Part shown: piece by piece, positions 12,705 through 26,200 of the stretch
How positions within the stretch are numbered: position 1 is the first letter of the stretch
Layout of the letters: each line of letters starts with the position of its first letter
Source of the DNA: Camelus ferus
Taxonomy: Eukaryota
Reading direction: 5' to 3'
Assembly (NCBI RefSeq): GCF_009834535.1
Contig: NC_045707.1
Span: 60,762,001-60,826,000, forward strand
DNA length: 64,000 nt
Position numbers and translations under genes: made by a program
The notes under the pieces: generated by a model
The model's database searches: none
What the model saw: the letters and a program-made list of their open reading frames with translations, nothing else
Told to the model about the DNA's origin: nothing

Positions 12705-13789
12705 GTAAGTATAACAATTCAGAGTATGTTTTGCAATCCCTTAACAGTGTGGTTGCTTTTCCCTGTCTTCAGTCGTATGTTAACTCAGCAAAATAGTTTA
12801 ATATTTGCAGAATGTAATTGGATTCTTTTTTGGTATATGTGAATGTTAAATTATTATAATACAAATCACGCTGCTTTTCTGCATCTGTAAACTAAAGTGT
12901 CCTATTTTTTTCTTTCTGATCTTATCTGCTCCAGGGCCTATTTTAAAAAAAGAAGAACAACTTCTGTTTTGTTTACATAAAGTTATGGGACTAATTAATG
13001 ACTCTTAGTTTTTATCTGGCAGCTGTTTTTTAACCTGGGGTAGTCATATAGAACTCTAGGTGGGTTAGGCATGTAAAACAAAATCTACTTCTGTTTTATT
13101 TTCTAAAATACAAGAATAATGCCACTGGCTTCTAGAGGATTTATATTAGTTGGGGAATAAATAAAGCCGTAATTTCTGTTCTTAAATCAAGAAATTCTTG
13201 CTCCATCTCTTACATCAAAAATACTGTATCCACACTGCCCAGTGGTACTCTTACACTTCTTTCTCCATGTTAGGAGAAGGGCTCTGCTTCGTGAGAGACA
13301 CTATATTAGGTACTTTATACACATTATGCAGTTCAGTCCTTACTACATGTTTCCACATGCGTATCATTCTCTTCTCAGGAGGATTCAAGTCTGTGTGCAC
13401 TTTCCTTCTATACTCAAAATTGAGGTTGTCAAAGATAGGAGAATGAGTATGCAGCAGTTCTAAAAATTCTGTTTCAGCTGTAACCACATGATGCTCTCCG
13501 TCCGAAGTGAAACTATGCCAAAGCATGCAGCATTTTTGAGACATGTATATAAGTTTAAATATTTTAAAGATGAGGATGAGTCTTAGACAAGTAACTTTAA
13601 GTTCACCAGCCAAGACGTGGCAGATCTAGGATTAAATCCAGGTCTATCTGGTTCCATAGCTTTTGTTCTTTCAGTCCCAACAAGCTGTCCCAAATGGGTA
13701 GATAATAGATATATTTTTATTTATCTAATAAAAAAACTAAACTTTAGTGGGGGAAAGTATTTTACCTCGATGGTCTTTTCTGTTAAATT

Positions 13790-14060
13790 AGTGGTTCTTA
13801 ACACTAGATGCAAATAAAGATCACCTAGGAAACACTGAAAAAAAATGCTTGGGCCCACTTCCAGAGAGTCTGATTTTTAAAATTCCCTGACAAATCCTCC
13901 ATTCAAGGTTGAGAAACATGGCATTACACTTTTGGATCTTTGAGGCCAGTGGATCTTAAACAGTGTGTACAAGAATCATCTGGGGAGCTTGTTAAAAATT
14001 AGATTCTCGAACCTTCATTACATTTCTATCATTCTGAGTCAGCACCATTTGTTTCCATAT
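13790..14060. mobile_element. Two adjacent hAT-Charlie MITE remnants (MER5-like)
   Basis: 'agtggttcttaac...atcacctagg...gttgagaaac' and 'cagtggatcttaaac...aatcatctggggagcttgttaaaa'. Confidence 0.6.
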
Positions 14061-14297
14061 ATTTAAGAACCCATGTAATAAATTTTCCTTGCCAGGGAAG
14101 AAAAATGGTCTCCACTGCCTCTCTCTACTCAAGGCATCACTTTTTATATCTTGGCTTGTTTCTAAGCATCTAAGCATAAGCCTTGTCAAAGCCAAAAACC
14201 CACACAGGTATCATTTTCTCTCAATAGGATTCAAGCCTATTCTATGTAGATTTGATTTTCTGTTGCTTTTTTAATATTATTTTTGCACATGTATCAG

Positions 14298-14483
14298 ACT
14301 CTGGCAGCGGGTGACAAGAGCTATAAATGCCAAAGACCAAACAGAAGCTACTCAAGAAAAGTATGTTTTAGAAGAAGCTCAAAGACAAGCTGCCAAAGAT
14401 CGGAAAACAAAAAATGAAGAGTGGACATGCAAGTTATTTGAACTTGACCCACTCACAGGAGAATGGCATTACAAGTTTGCAGA
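14298..14483 (+). CDS. OSBPL8: OSBPL8 coding exon (LWQRVTRAINAKDQTEATQEKYVLEEAQRQAAKDRK...GEWHYKFA)
   Basis: gtatcag|A acceptor, AGA|gtaagt donor; 186 nt; OSBP-family EKxxLEExQR motif. Confidence 0.96.
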
Positions 14484-14836
14484 GTAAGTAATTTTAAAAG
14501 TATATTACAAACAATATATCATAGTTTTTTGCCTTCATTTCTAGATTTTTTAATGTTAGTATAAATAATTTTTTTATTAAGCCATATATATATATATTAG
14601 TGTGAGATTTTACACTTGACTCCATCATAGTAGTTTAAATAGTTTTAAATTTGTCTCCATAGTAGTTAGCCTATAAAATAAGCTGAGGATCAGAAGATTA
14701 GGTATGACAAATCTTAATCTTATAGCTAGATTTATAATTACCGATGAAAATCTAATCATGGAATAGAAAGTTTATTTTAAAGTTTTTGAGTGTTTTGCTT
14801 AGTCATTAAACAAATGGTGTTTTTTCATTTATGTAG

Positions 14837-14924
14837 TACTCGACCATGGGACCCACTTAATGATATGATACAGTTTGAAAAAGATGGTGTTATCCAGACC
14901 AAAGTGAAACATCGGACTCCAATG
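14837..14924 (+). CDS. OSBPL8: OSBPL8 coding exon (TRPWDPLNDMIQFEKDGVIQTKVKHRTPM)
   Basis: ttatgtag|T acceptor, ATG|gtatgt donor; 88 nt, phase 2->0. Confidence 0.95.
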
Positions 14925-15029
14925 GTATGTAATAAAAAATGTAACTAGATTTGCTAGGCATATAAATTTTTTAACTCCTTAGTATCTCTGGCCACAAACA
15001 TATAAAATTTGGCTTCAAAATTTTAAAAG

Positions 15030-16845
15030 TTTAGGTCAGAAAAATGACAAGGTAGGCAGCTTGAAGCTCTTGTCTCCTCAAAGAAAAGTTAAAAAGCCAG
15101 CAGAAACTGTCATAGCCACATTTGCCAGAACTCTGGAAAGCTGTCAGAGGTTTGCAGCAACTAAGTGAGTGCTGAATCAAGAAAAAGGTAACTTCAAAGC
15201 CGCAAGAAAACTTTATGGCATTTTTACTTGCTCTTGTCATAATTCCGCCCTGGTGCAGTGGCAGTCTTCAAGGGCCCCCACATTTCCCAGTTTGAGCCCT
15301 GGTTCCAGAGGGAGTAGAGCAGACCTTATGAACAAATTGTTATGTATGTCTGTTGTAACCTGTCGGGGGGCCACCTGAAGGCTCTACACAGGTCATACAT
15401 CTCTGTTTCATCTAACTCAGAGCTCAGCCAGAAAGGCTGCAGACATTGCTTGGAAGTACTGCAAGCCAAACTAACAACCTGCAGATACCTGGGACAAAAG
15501 ATTACCATTAAAATATACAATAGACCTTGTAAGGAGAAAAGTCTGGGGAGAGAGAGCATTGAAAACCCCCACATAATGCATAACCTGACTCAAAAAGAAA
15601 TAGAAAATTTCAACAGACCTCTAACAAGTTAAGAGATTGATTCAGTAATCAAAATCCTCCAAAGAAAGAAAAGTCTAGGACTAAGTGGCTTCACTGGTGG
15701 ATTAAACATTTAAAGAAAAACAAACACCAGTCCTTCTCATACTCTTCCAAAAAAACATGGGAACACTTCCTAACCCATGCTATGAGGTCAACATTACCCT
15801 AATACCAAAGCCACCAAAAGATACCACAAAAGAAGAAAATTACAGACCAATATTATTTATAAATATAGATGTAAAAATCCTCCACAGAATACTAGCAAAC
15901 TAAATCTTATGACACATTAGAAAGATCATACACTAAGTGGGATTTATCCCATGAATGCAAGCATAGTTTAATAAGAAAAATCAATCAATGCAATACATCA
16001 CATTAATAGAATGAGGTGAAATATCACATGCCCATCTCAGTTGATACATAAAAGGTATTTGACAAAATCTAAGACCCTTTCAGAATTTAAAAAATTAACA
16101 GTATACTCAGTGGTGAAAGATTGAAAACTTTCCCCCTAAGATCAAGAAAAAGACAAAGGTGCCCACTTTCACCACTGCACTGGAAATTCTGGTCAGGGCA
16201 GTCAGACATGAAAAACAAACAAAAGGCTTCCAAATTGGAAGTGAAGAAGTAAAGCTACCTCTGTTCACAGATGACAGGATCCTACACATAGAAAATCCCA
16301 AAGAATCCATAAGAAAGCTACTACAGCTGATGAATTTAACAAAGTTGTAACATATAAGATGAACATACAAAAATTAGTTGTGTTTCTATACACCTGCAAT
16401 GGACAAATTCCAAAAAGAAATTAAGAAAACAATTCAATTTACAGTCCTATATAAAAGAATAAAATACCTAGTAATAAATTTAACCAAGGAGGTAAAAGAC
16501 TTGTACACTGAAAACTATAAAACATTGTTGAAAAGAAAGAAGGCCTAAATAAATGAGAAGTCCTGTGTTCTTAGGTAAGAAAACTTAATATTGTTAAGTT
16601 GTTAATACTACCCAAAGCAATCTATCAATCTATGAATCTATCAGTCAGATTCAATGCAATCTCTACCAAAATTGCAATAGTTTTTTTTTACAGAAGTGGA
16701 AAAATCAGTCCTCAAATTCATATGGAATTACAAGTGGCCCTGAACAGCCAAAACAATCTTGAAGAAGAATAAAGTTGGAACACTCACACTTTCTGATTTC
16801 AAAACTTATTACAAAGCTACAGTAATCAAAACAGTATAGTACTGA
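15030..16845 (+). mobile_element. Old LINE-1 (L1M-type): 5' region joined to a degenerate ORF2 RT segment
   Basis: ORF2-like peptides ([31 protein letters not shown]) at 16159-16350; many stops and frameshifts. Confidence 0.85.
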
Positions 16846-17911
16846 CTCCCTTTCTCATTTTAAATAACTTCTCATCAGTCTCTATTAATCTCTAATTTGA
16901 AACTACTCTAAGAATATGGATTTAGATTCTAACTGTTATAAAATCTTAAGTTTCCATGAGGTTAAGTAGGAGGGCACAGTGTTAGGCTGAATCCAGAACC
17001 TGCCTTATTATTTATTTTCTGTAATAAAACAATACAAATTTTACTTTAATTTTAAGCACTTGAGTAAGATTTTACAAAATTATTTCAAGGAATAGGTATA
17101 TAATTCCTAATATAGATAGATAAATAGATAATGCTGATTTAGAACAGTGAACAGGTAAGAAAAGAGTTAAAGACTTCTGACCATTGGTTCCTTGTTTTTC
17201 TAAGTGTATAAATTACCTTGCCCTTTTGATTCTGATTTCTTCTCTTGCATTTTTTTTTTATTCTAAGGAACATTTAATCCTAACTGATGGTTAAATGTAC
17301 TTTTGAATCTTACTCACATTTTTCAGTAAGTTTAAATTACACTCTGCAAAATAATAATACCATTCCCATTTATTATATGATGCATTCTACATTATCCAGA
17401 CATTATTAAAAGTAAGCAATCTAAATAATTTTATTGGAAACCCAACATCTTCAGTGAGAATGTTTCTAATGTTGGGAACAAGATAAGTATGGTTTTAAAA
17501 GAACACTATTACTTAACATTCAACCAGATTTACTAACTCATACAGTTAAAAAAGTGGGGTGTCTGTATTCATATTTGTGTGTGCATAAATATGTCTCTTG
17601 AAGGATAAACAAATAGCAGTATCTTTTTAGTGGGGGAGAGACTGGGTGGATACAGGTCAGGTGTGGGAGGGAACCTCTTCATTGTACATTTTCTTATACT
17701 CTTTGATGTTTGTGCCAAATTAATGTTTCCTATTAAAATTAAATAGTTTGTATAAGTGTATCACATCTTATTTAAATTTTAATTAGACTATTTAATCTTT
17801 GTTTTTATTTCTAAATATTGTGCCCATGAAGAGTTTTGACGGCTGTATAACGTGGGTCTTTAAATACAAAATTCAGTGCAAATTCATGTAATAGCACAAT
17901 TTTTTTTTCAG

Positions 17912-18017
17912 GTTAGTGTCCCAAAAATGAAACATAAGCCAACCAGGCAACAGAAGAAAGTGGCAAAAGGCTATTCCTCCCCAGAACCTGACATCCAGGA
18001 CTCATCTGGAAGTGAAG
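17912..18017 (+). CDS. OSBPL8: OSBPL8 coding exon (VSVPKMKHKPTRQQKKVAKGYSSPEPDIQDSSGSE)
   Basis: poly-T cag|GTT acceptor, AAG|gtaaaa donor; 106 nt. Confidence 0.95.
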
Positions 18018-19696
18018 GTAAAAATATTTATTGCAGACTATTCACTGTAAGAGTCTAAAGTTTTTAAAGGATATTACTATTAACTATGTTTGATATGTGG
18101 AAATGATTTTTCATATTAAGTCAAGATTTGTAAGTTTTGGTGGGAGCAAGGATGATGTGCAAAAAAAGCTATTTTGGATTATAGGTAAATTTCAAGACCA
18201 AGACACAAGGTAGAGACATGGGAAGTGAAAAAGGGGGAAACATGTAAATCAACAGCCACACTGTAGTACTAGCTCTTATTCCTTGTTAGCTTCTGAAAAA
18301 TTATTGATGGTTTCCTAGATTCAGTGCAGGCAGCATTTTTTGAGCTTTGGGCTGTTTCATGCTTCAATAGTTTTTCATTCTCATAATAAATTATTGTATT
18401 TAGAAGTCACAGACAAACAAAAATATAACTATATCAAAATAATGAATTCAATTAACTAGTGTGCCATTCTTGTTCAATCAGATAATGTGTAAACTATGTT
18501 GAACTACACTGAGGTATAATCAAGCATTAAGGTAACGTCTGAGACATTATAAAAAATAGTTTTTTAAAAGCCGTAGTCTCTACTAAGCTCACACTAAGCT
18601 GGGGAGTTCATTTTTACAGAGATAATACTACAGGTGAATAAATGGTAAGTGCTAAGAAACTAGTAGATGACAAATAGTAAAGGGTTTAAAGGAAGGGGAA
18701 CTGAATTCAGTTTGAGAGAAGGTTCATAAAGAGGAACCCTGGTGAATTACTTAGAATTTCTAATTGATTATAGCAGTCTAGGCTTGAAGGATGTGGGTGG
18801 TGGACAAGATACTGGAGTAAAAGAGGAATAAAATGAATCAAGTTTTAAAAGCAGGAGTAACATGGTACCACATGCGCAAGGTTAAACTCCCCAAGGCCGT
18901 ATATCCCATAAGGCAGTATATTATCTGTTATATATGCAGATATTTTGGCTCCTTAATTCACTCTCTTATCCACTCAACTAGCTTACCTGTAACGTGTCAG
19001 CTGGCATTTATTGAGTACTTAATGTGTGCCAAACTGGATGTTAAACACCTTACTACAACCATGTGAAGTTGAATATTATTATTCCTGTTTGACAAATGAG
19101 AGAGCTGAGATCTGGAGAGAAGTTAAGATCTGAACAAAAATGGAAAGGAAGTAATGGATATGAGAAGGGATTTAAAAAAAAAAAATACCCACATACTTTG
19201 CTGGTTGACAATGAAATTTGTAGAAGAGATATTAAAACCAACTGAAAAGGTTTAAAGGTTGGATGACTGGGGAAATAAAGATAACATTGACAATTAATAA
19301 AAAACTGAAAGGGGAGCTCAAAAAGCTGACTTCTTCAGATGTAGGCAAATGGGCAGGAGACAGAAGAGAATAATACCTTCCCAAAATTAATATGTGTATT
19401 TTAAAGAAATATTTTTGTCTATTTTAATTGGTTAGAAAAATAAAACTGATTCCATCCAAAATTTAACTAATTCATGGTTGCTTTAAGTTTATCTGTAGTG
19501 TTCTAGTTTAGAAATATGATTGAAACTTCAAAAATGCATACTATTACTTATTACTAGTAGTACATGAGTCTCTAAGCCATAAAAATAATGCCTAGGAAAA
19601 TTTTTATTACATGAGAATTATTAATCTGAAATGTAGATTGTTTACAATTAAATATGTTCATTATTTTTATTAACTTTATTCCAAATGTCTTTTTAG

Positions 19697-19799
19697 CTCA
19701 ATCAGTAAAACCAAGTGCAAGAAGAAAGAAAGGGATAGAACTGGGAGACATTCAGACTTCCATCGAATCTATAAAACAAACACAGGAAGAAATTAAAAG
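19697..19799 (+). CDS. OSBPL8: OSBPL8 penultimate coding exon (QSVKPSARRKKGIELGDIQTSIESIKQTQEEIK)
   Basis: ttttag|CT acceptor, AAG|gtaata donor; 103 nt, phase 1->2; coiled-coil-like peptide. Confidence 0.95.
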
Positions 19800-20429
19800 G
19801 TAATATATACTGACAGTGACTATTCATCTGAGTACAGAGGAGTAGCTAAGACTCCTGCTACATAGGAAATCCTATGCAAACTTTACATTTTTATAACATC
19901 ACGAAGCTAAAAGAGAACCTTGGCTTCTGTCACCCGATTACTGAAACTCAGGAAATTCCTTCAGCACTAAAATACTGGGGGAGGCAAGAAGGTTTTTTTC
20001 CTCATCTGTGAGATTAGAAGTAGAATCTCTTCATCTTATTGCTGTAGCATACTGGAGTGTAGCTGGATTGGATGTGGAAGTGGGGCAGTTTTCGAGAAAG
20101 TTGGTTCACAAAGGCTTCCAGTCTCCTTTGTACGTGGTTAATTTTAATTGGAATGCAACAGTTGTTGAAATACTGAAATGCTTCCATAACAGTGGGTAAG
20201 TAGCCACTACCCTGAGACCTTCGAGTGTTCCTTTTGCACTCCAGGCCCTTCCCCACACTCACCTCCCCATGATCCAGCAACTAAAGGTCTTGACACTTCA
20301 GGAAGTTCCTTGGAAGGGAAAGGGTCCTGATCCTGCTCCATTGCTAAGGCTAGCATGAGTTCAGACTAGTTGTCTCTCATTGCTGTATCAGCTGTTAAAT
20401 ATTCTTTAACATTAGCCAACCTGATTTTG

Positions 20430-20960
20430 TGAATTTAGCATTCAGTGCTAGATGTTCTGTTCTTGGTGACCTTAATGGCTTATATTTAGTTGCTGTTTTC
20501 ATCTGCAGCCTCATCTCCTGCCAGTCCTCTACATTTATCCCATGCTCTAGCCCTATGAAACCCCTCACATCTCCAGAACATACTGTACTCTCTCTGGACC
20601 TTTACACCTTTACCCACACAGAATCCAGTTCTTAGACTGCCCTTCCTCCCACCCTGCCCAACAAGAAAATCCCTGTTTATCCTTCAGAACATAACTTAAA
20701 TGCCATCCTTTCTGTAACACCTTAAGTCACTCACCCTGCCCTGTCGAGTTATTAATCACTCCACTTGGCTTGCATGGCTTCCCATACGTAGTCTTTTTGA
20801 GTGCTTACCACACCACAGAGTTGTTATCATGCATGTCTGTTTACTCCTACCTCCTCTCCCACAACCTCCAATTGGCCATTAGCTCCTTTAGAGCAGGGAG
20901 CATGTCTTCTGCATGTTGGTATCATCAGCCCTTATACAAAAGTGCTCAAGTTTCCTGATT
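20430..20960 (+). mobile_element. L2 LINE fragment
   Basis: Pyrimidine-rich L2 3' region ending 'agctcctttagagcagggagcatgtct'. Confidence 0.6.
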
Positions 20961-21593
20961 TAATTATATTTATAAATTAATGAGCCTACTTGTCCATTTT
21001 GCCTCCTTTCTTTCTACTGGTAAAACACTTTAAAGGAACCCAGAAAAGGAAGAGGTCTTCACTAATCAGCTCTTTTTAACCAAAAGCATTTAGAGTGGCA
21101 TGAGAGTCATATAAGCTCATTTCATGACTAAACTAACATTTTATTTTTGTTAGCATATAAAATGCCTATAGAACAAATATTCTTCAAGTTAGGAATGTCA
21201 TGAAATCTGTTGTATTATTTTTTTCCTGGTAAATTTAGGATTTTTCTCCAACTCTGTCTCCCTAAAGTAAAGATAAAAGAACTCTAGTGGGCCAACTAAG
21301 AAGCAAAATTGTTGTTTTAAAAGCACTGTCATAACAAAGAAGGTGATATATTTTATGTCATCAAAATTTTAAAAGTACATTTAATACTAATCATTAAGTA
21401 ATATATTTGGTACAGTGTGGAATAAAGATTTTGGCAAGACCTAATAATGGTTCCACATAGCATACTTAGCTCCCTGTTCAGGTGGTAGTAATTGATTAAA
21501 CTTTATACAATTGAATTCTGTGACCATATATCAAATTGTGAGTTCTCTGCTAACATTTTTGATAGTTATTAAATTTTTTGCTTGTTTTTATAG

Positions 21594-21726
21594 AAATATT
21601 ATGGCTCTTCGAAATCATTTAATTTCAAGCACACCTGCCACGGATTATTTTCTGCAACAGAAAGACTACTTCATCATTTTCCTCCTGATTTTGCTTCAAG
21701 TCATAATAAACTTCATGTTTAAGTAG
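21594..21726 (+). CDS. OSBPL8: OSBPL8 last coding exon with C-terminal transmembrane ER anchor (NIMALRNHL...DYFIIFLLILLQVIINFMFK*)
   Basis: tttttatag|A acceptor; TAG stop at 21724-21726; hydrophobic tail anchor typical of ORP5/ORP8. Confidence 0.96.
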
Positions 21727-24700
21727 TTCTTTACAGTTGAATCAGTGAACTGGAATGATCAGATTTCACGTGGGACCAGTGTTGGAGTTGGTTTGGTCTT
21801 TATTAAAACATCATAATATTTCTAAAACAGAAAACCATAGAGATAAATGTAGAAGTGTTGACTTTTCATACCTTTTATCCTTAACGTGAAATAAGAGCTA
21901 TTCTATTTGGTTATTAAAGTGAGCTGTGTGTTAAGTGCCAGAACATTTCTAGCTTTTGTGAGAATGTGTCTACATGTGAGTATAATAAATCCACATGTAT
22001 ACACAAGTGTGTCTTACATATACCTTAGTCTTTGTAGTCTATAGTATGTTTATGTTCTGCAATATACAGCATTAATGTTGTTCATGACAAAAATGCTATC
22101 AGTCTTACAAATATATGTATAGCAATCTGTTTTCTTCATAAAATAGGCACAAAACTTTTATCAATAAGTAATTACAGAATGGGAAATGATGGAATAATAG
22201 ACATAAATAGTTCAGTATACTGTACTGTTAAAAAAAAAACAAAAAACCATTTCCAAAGCATCCAGATCAATTGTCTTCTTAGAAACAGGAATAAAAAAAA
22301 GGAAAAAGCATGGTCAAAATTGATATATTGAGAGAGAAGGTGGCAAATTGCTTTTTTAAAAGTTTACACAAGAGTTTTTTTAACCCCAAGAATTTAATAT
22401 TTATAGATACAGCTATAAATATACTTACGTCTACATCAACAAAAACACTGGTATGTAGCTACTTGGATCTAGTGACTATATCTTTCTTATTATACCTATA
22501 TTACCCCCTTAAAAGTGTGGTCAAGCTTCATTGCTGTCCTTTTTTCTTTTTTGTTTTTTTAAACTCAGTTGGTCCAGTAACATAGGCCAAATTCTAGAGA
22601 TGTTTATAGGGCATATGAAATGCTAATATTCATGATTTTTCACTATGAAACACTTATTTTAGCTTTCATGTTCCTAGTGTGTTCAGTGAAGTAGAATAGA
22701 AACAAAATTATAACCAATATTTTACTTCAAAAGCCAAATAAGAAAAGGGCGATAAGAAAAGACACTTCGTGTGGTGGCATTTATGTGTACATTAAAATTG
22801 GTTTCTTTAAAATGTGCAATAAGTTCAGCATCTAAGAAGAACGTCAAGTTCTGAAGTTAATTCTTTATTATCCTCCTCTTTCTTAGTAACTGCATTCTGT
22901 GGCAAAATCACAATTCCTTAAGATTCCTTTTGTTCAGGCTCAGGCAAACTCCTTTCCTATTTTTTTTCAGTTTAATATTTTTACTTTGTTTTTACATAAA
23001 TATTTATAGCCTTCAAAAGCAATTTTTGCTAAGTAGTTAAGCTTAGGAACATGTTGTAAGAGGTATCTTAGAATTCTGAAAGTCGATTTTCTAATAAGAA
23101 TGAAGGTCAGAGAGAATAACTGCTATTGCTACACTTGCCTTTGACTAAGAGACTGAGAGACACTAGTAAAATTACAATCAACTACTTATGCCATGGTGAG
23201 GATAAAATCAAGGAATGATTGCTAAATTATGAAAACAAAATGATTTTTAAAAAAAGAGCCTGCTTTTTTCCTCCTAACCAATATAGCTATCTTAAGTATC
23301 CTTAGGTTTTTATGAATAGCCATTTCCCACGTATTTTTGGCAAAACAATGCTGTATTCATACATACATGTGAAACATTTTTTAAATTGATTAAAACATAA
23401 GTAAAATATACCTACACCTAGTATAAGTATAATATGATTACAGTAGAACAGGTGGGGTTTTTGTTTGTACCCATACTTGATATAATTTTTGTACTCACTT
23501 TCTGTTACCAATGTTATACTCAACTGCCTCTTCATTGATATATAATATTTTGTAAATATTGTACAATTTGATCCTTTTTTATGGTTTAAATTAGTATTAA
23601 TTTATATATATTGATTGGCTGATCACAAAAATAATTTCATCATTAAACCCTGAAAACTTACATTTTTTGGTTGATAATTCCCCTATGGGGTTTTAGTCTT
23701 ATCCACTTGTATTAACTTTTGTTTGGTATAAATGGTGTTTTATTGGTATGGTTATCTTCTAAGACTGGAGAGGTAGTTACTTTCTTTATTTTTAAATTTT
23801 CTTTTTAAGGCACATGTTATGGGTTCTTATTACTCAAGGAATCAAAAACTGTTTCATGAGAAAAAGCAGGGCTACTCATGACTGTTTCATATACACTGAA
23901 AGCATATATCTAATCTAATAGTCATAGTCTTCTTATGCTTTTAGTTATATGACTTCCTTTCTGTGAACTGAACACAAAACTCAGGAATTGGTGGCTTAGT
24001 TTTTAGATCAGTGCTTATATTAGAGTTAGTATGTGAATCCTTTAAATTACATAATTAACTTTGTATTTAGCCATACATGTAATTGACTTTGAATGTTCTC
24101 CAACTGAGATTAATCTTCGTTCACACATGGGTTCATAAAAATTGTGATTTACAGTTCCCAGTTGTCTGAGAGCCTCATGATGGTTTCTATGATTTAAGAC
24201 CTATGACCAGTTTTTTTCTTTTTTTTTCACTTGAAAATTGAAATGAGTAATAATTATTAACATGTGCATTTCTGTTTTAGTTGTTAAATGTACTGTGTCT
24301 TCAGTTATCCACCATTTAGTGAGATGTAGCTGGCCCAGGAAAAGACAATAAATAGGGCATGTGAAATAAGTAAGTTTCAGCAATAGATATTTTACTTGTA
24401 TTTCATGTCACTTTTCTGTATTACTTATAAAGGTACAGTGTAATCTTTGTCACCATTCCATTGAAAAGTTGGCCTTGTAAAATACAACCCTCATTTAGTA
24501 TTCATGCTTTTGTGCCTTTAAGAAAATACTTTCCCTCATTTTTGTGTTACAGGACTATATGATTCAGAGTATTTATAGGCTTACTTGTCATAAAAGGGTC
24601 ATTTCTCTGTGTCACTTTATTTCCTTTTATATAGCTAGAGTATATTTAAACAATAATGCTGTACTTTTATAAGTGTTTGTCTATTTACCTATCAAATATA

Positions 24701-25860
24701 TTCATTTTCAGACATCATTGAAGAAGACTTGTCAGATTATTGAGTATTGTAAACAGTGCCTTTTCGATGGAATTCATACTGTTTTAGGGTGTCAACTTGT
24801 GCCATATACACACAAAATTCTTTGGAAGGCAGTTTTAACTTTTTGAAGAATATGTTAGTCAAATATTTAAGAAAACAAATGTATAAAATTCCCTTTTTTC
24901 CAGTGTTTATTATTTCTAGTGAGCAATGAATATATTTGGGGGGTTTTTTGTTTGAAATACAGTGATAATGGCATTATTGATGAGCCATACATGACACTGC
25001 AGATTTTTTGAATTATGTTAAATGTACAGAAATAAAATATTAAAATTAGCATTTATACGAAATTTTCCCCATTTGAACCAATGGTAGGGGGGCACTCTCA
25101 CACAAATCACTAAGTTTACATTTCAACTTCTCTCATATTTGACTACATGGAAAAAGAGATTCTTTAAAATGTATAACCTGCCATTATTATGTAATTTGGT
25201 TTCATTTTGTTTACCTTATAATGAATTTAATATATTTAATTTACTTTTTGTTACTCTTAATGTACTACTTGTTTTGTTAGTTTTTAATGAAAGATGGACT
25301 GTTAACATCGTATAGGACCAGTGTCTTCTTAATATGATTAACATATTTAGAAGAGCCACAAGAAACCCATGACAAAATGAATGTGAATATACTTTCTAAA
25401 ATATTTAGAAAATTTTATCTTTCTGCATTTATCATGTAAATTTATTTTAGTATTACAAGATTGAAATTTAAAGAAAAAATGCCACTGATGAGCCACAGAA
25501 CTTCAGTTGAAAATTTTCACTTTTTAGCATGCTAACTGTACATCTAAGTTAAATATCCTGTTTAATGGCCATTTATAAATACAAACACTACCACTGGTCA
25601 GTTTTGTAAAATAGATTAAAAGTATGTTATCTGCAGTGTAAGTATAGCACACTGTCAAATTCTTTTCCTTAAGGTGCATAGTAAATGTACAGCTAGTCTT
25701 AGGTAACTGTTTTGTAATGTATTACATTTCTAATCTGTTATTCCTAACCTATTATAAATGTTTGCAGAGACAAAAGAATTGAACTTTTCTAATGATCTGT
25801 AAAATGATGCTAACTTCTACAAGTAGGCATTCTAAATAAAATTTTTAAAAAGAGCAAACT
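21727..25860 (+). other. OSBPL8: OSBPL8 3' UTR (~4.1 kb, AT-rich, no recognisable interspersed repeats)
   Basis: Continuous AT-rich sequence after the stop; AATAAA at 25835; MIR-like repeats resume at ~26000; end position inferred. Confidence 0.7.
25835..25840 (+). terminator. Probable distal polyadenylation signal of OSBPL8 (AATAAA)
   Basis: AATAAA at the end of the repeat-free UTR, followed by T/GT-rich sequence. Confidence 0.6.
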
Positions 25861-25999
25861 GATCAAATGTCTTTGAATACAACATTTGGTGACTAAATTA
25901 CTTAGTTCTTTAATTAAAAAAAATTTGTGTTGGGGGAGTAGTTGTGAAGGATGGTAAAGGACTTGCTTGGAAGAGACTTAACAGCTAGAAACCCTAATA

Positions 26000-26200
26000 C
26001 ATGCTTTATGTGATGCGTTATATTCACTCTTGAATACTCATAATAACCTTCAGATAAGTGGAAGTTAACTGGATTTTATAGATGAAGAATCTGAGGCTCA
26101 GAGAAATTAAATGATCCAAAAGCTACACAGTGAAGAGTGATAGTGAGCCCAAGTTTGAACCCATGCTTGACTTCAGTGTCCATTCTCTTTCCACTGTACA
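26000..26200 (-). mobile_element. MIR SINE
   Basis: 'ttttatagatgaagaatctgaggctcagagaaattaaatga' MIR core. Confidence 0.7.
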
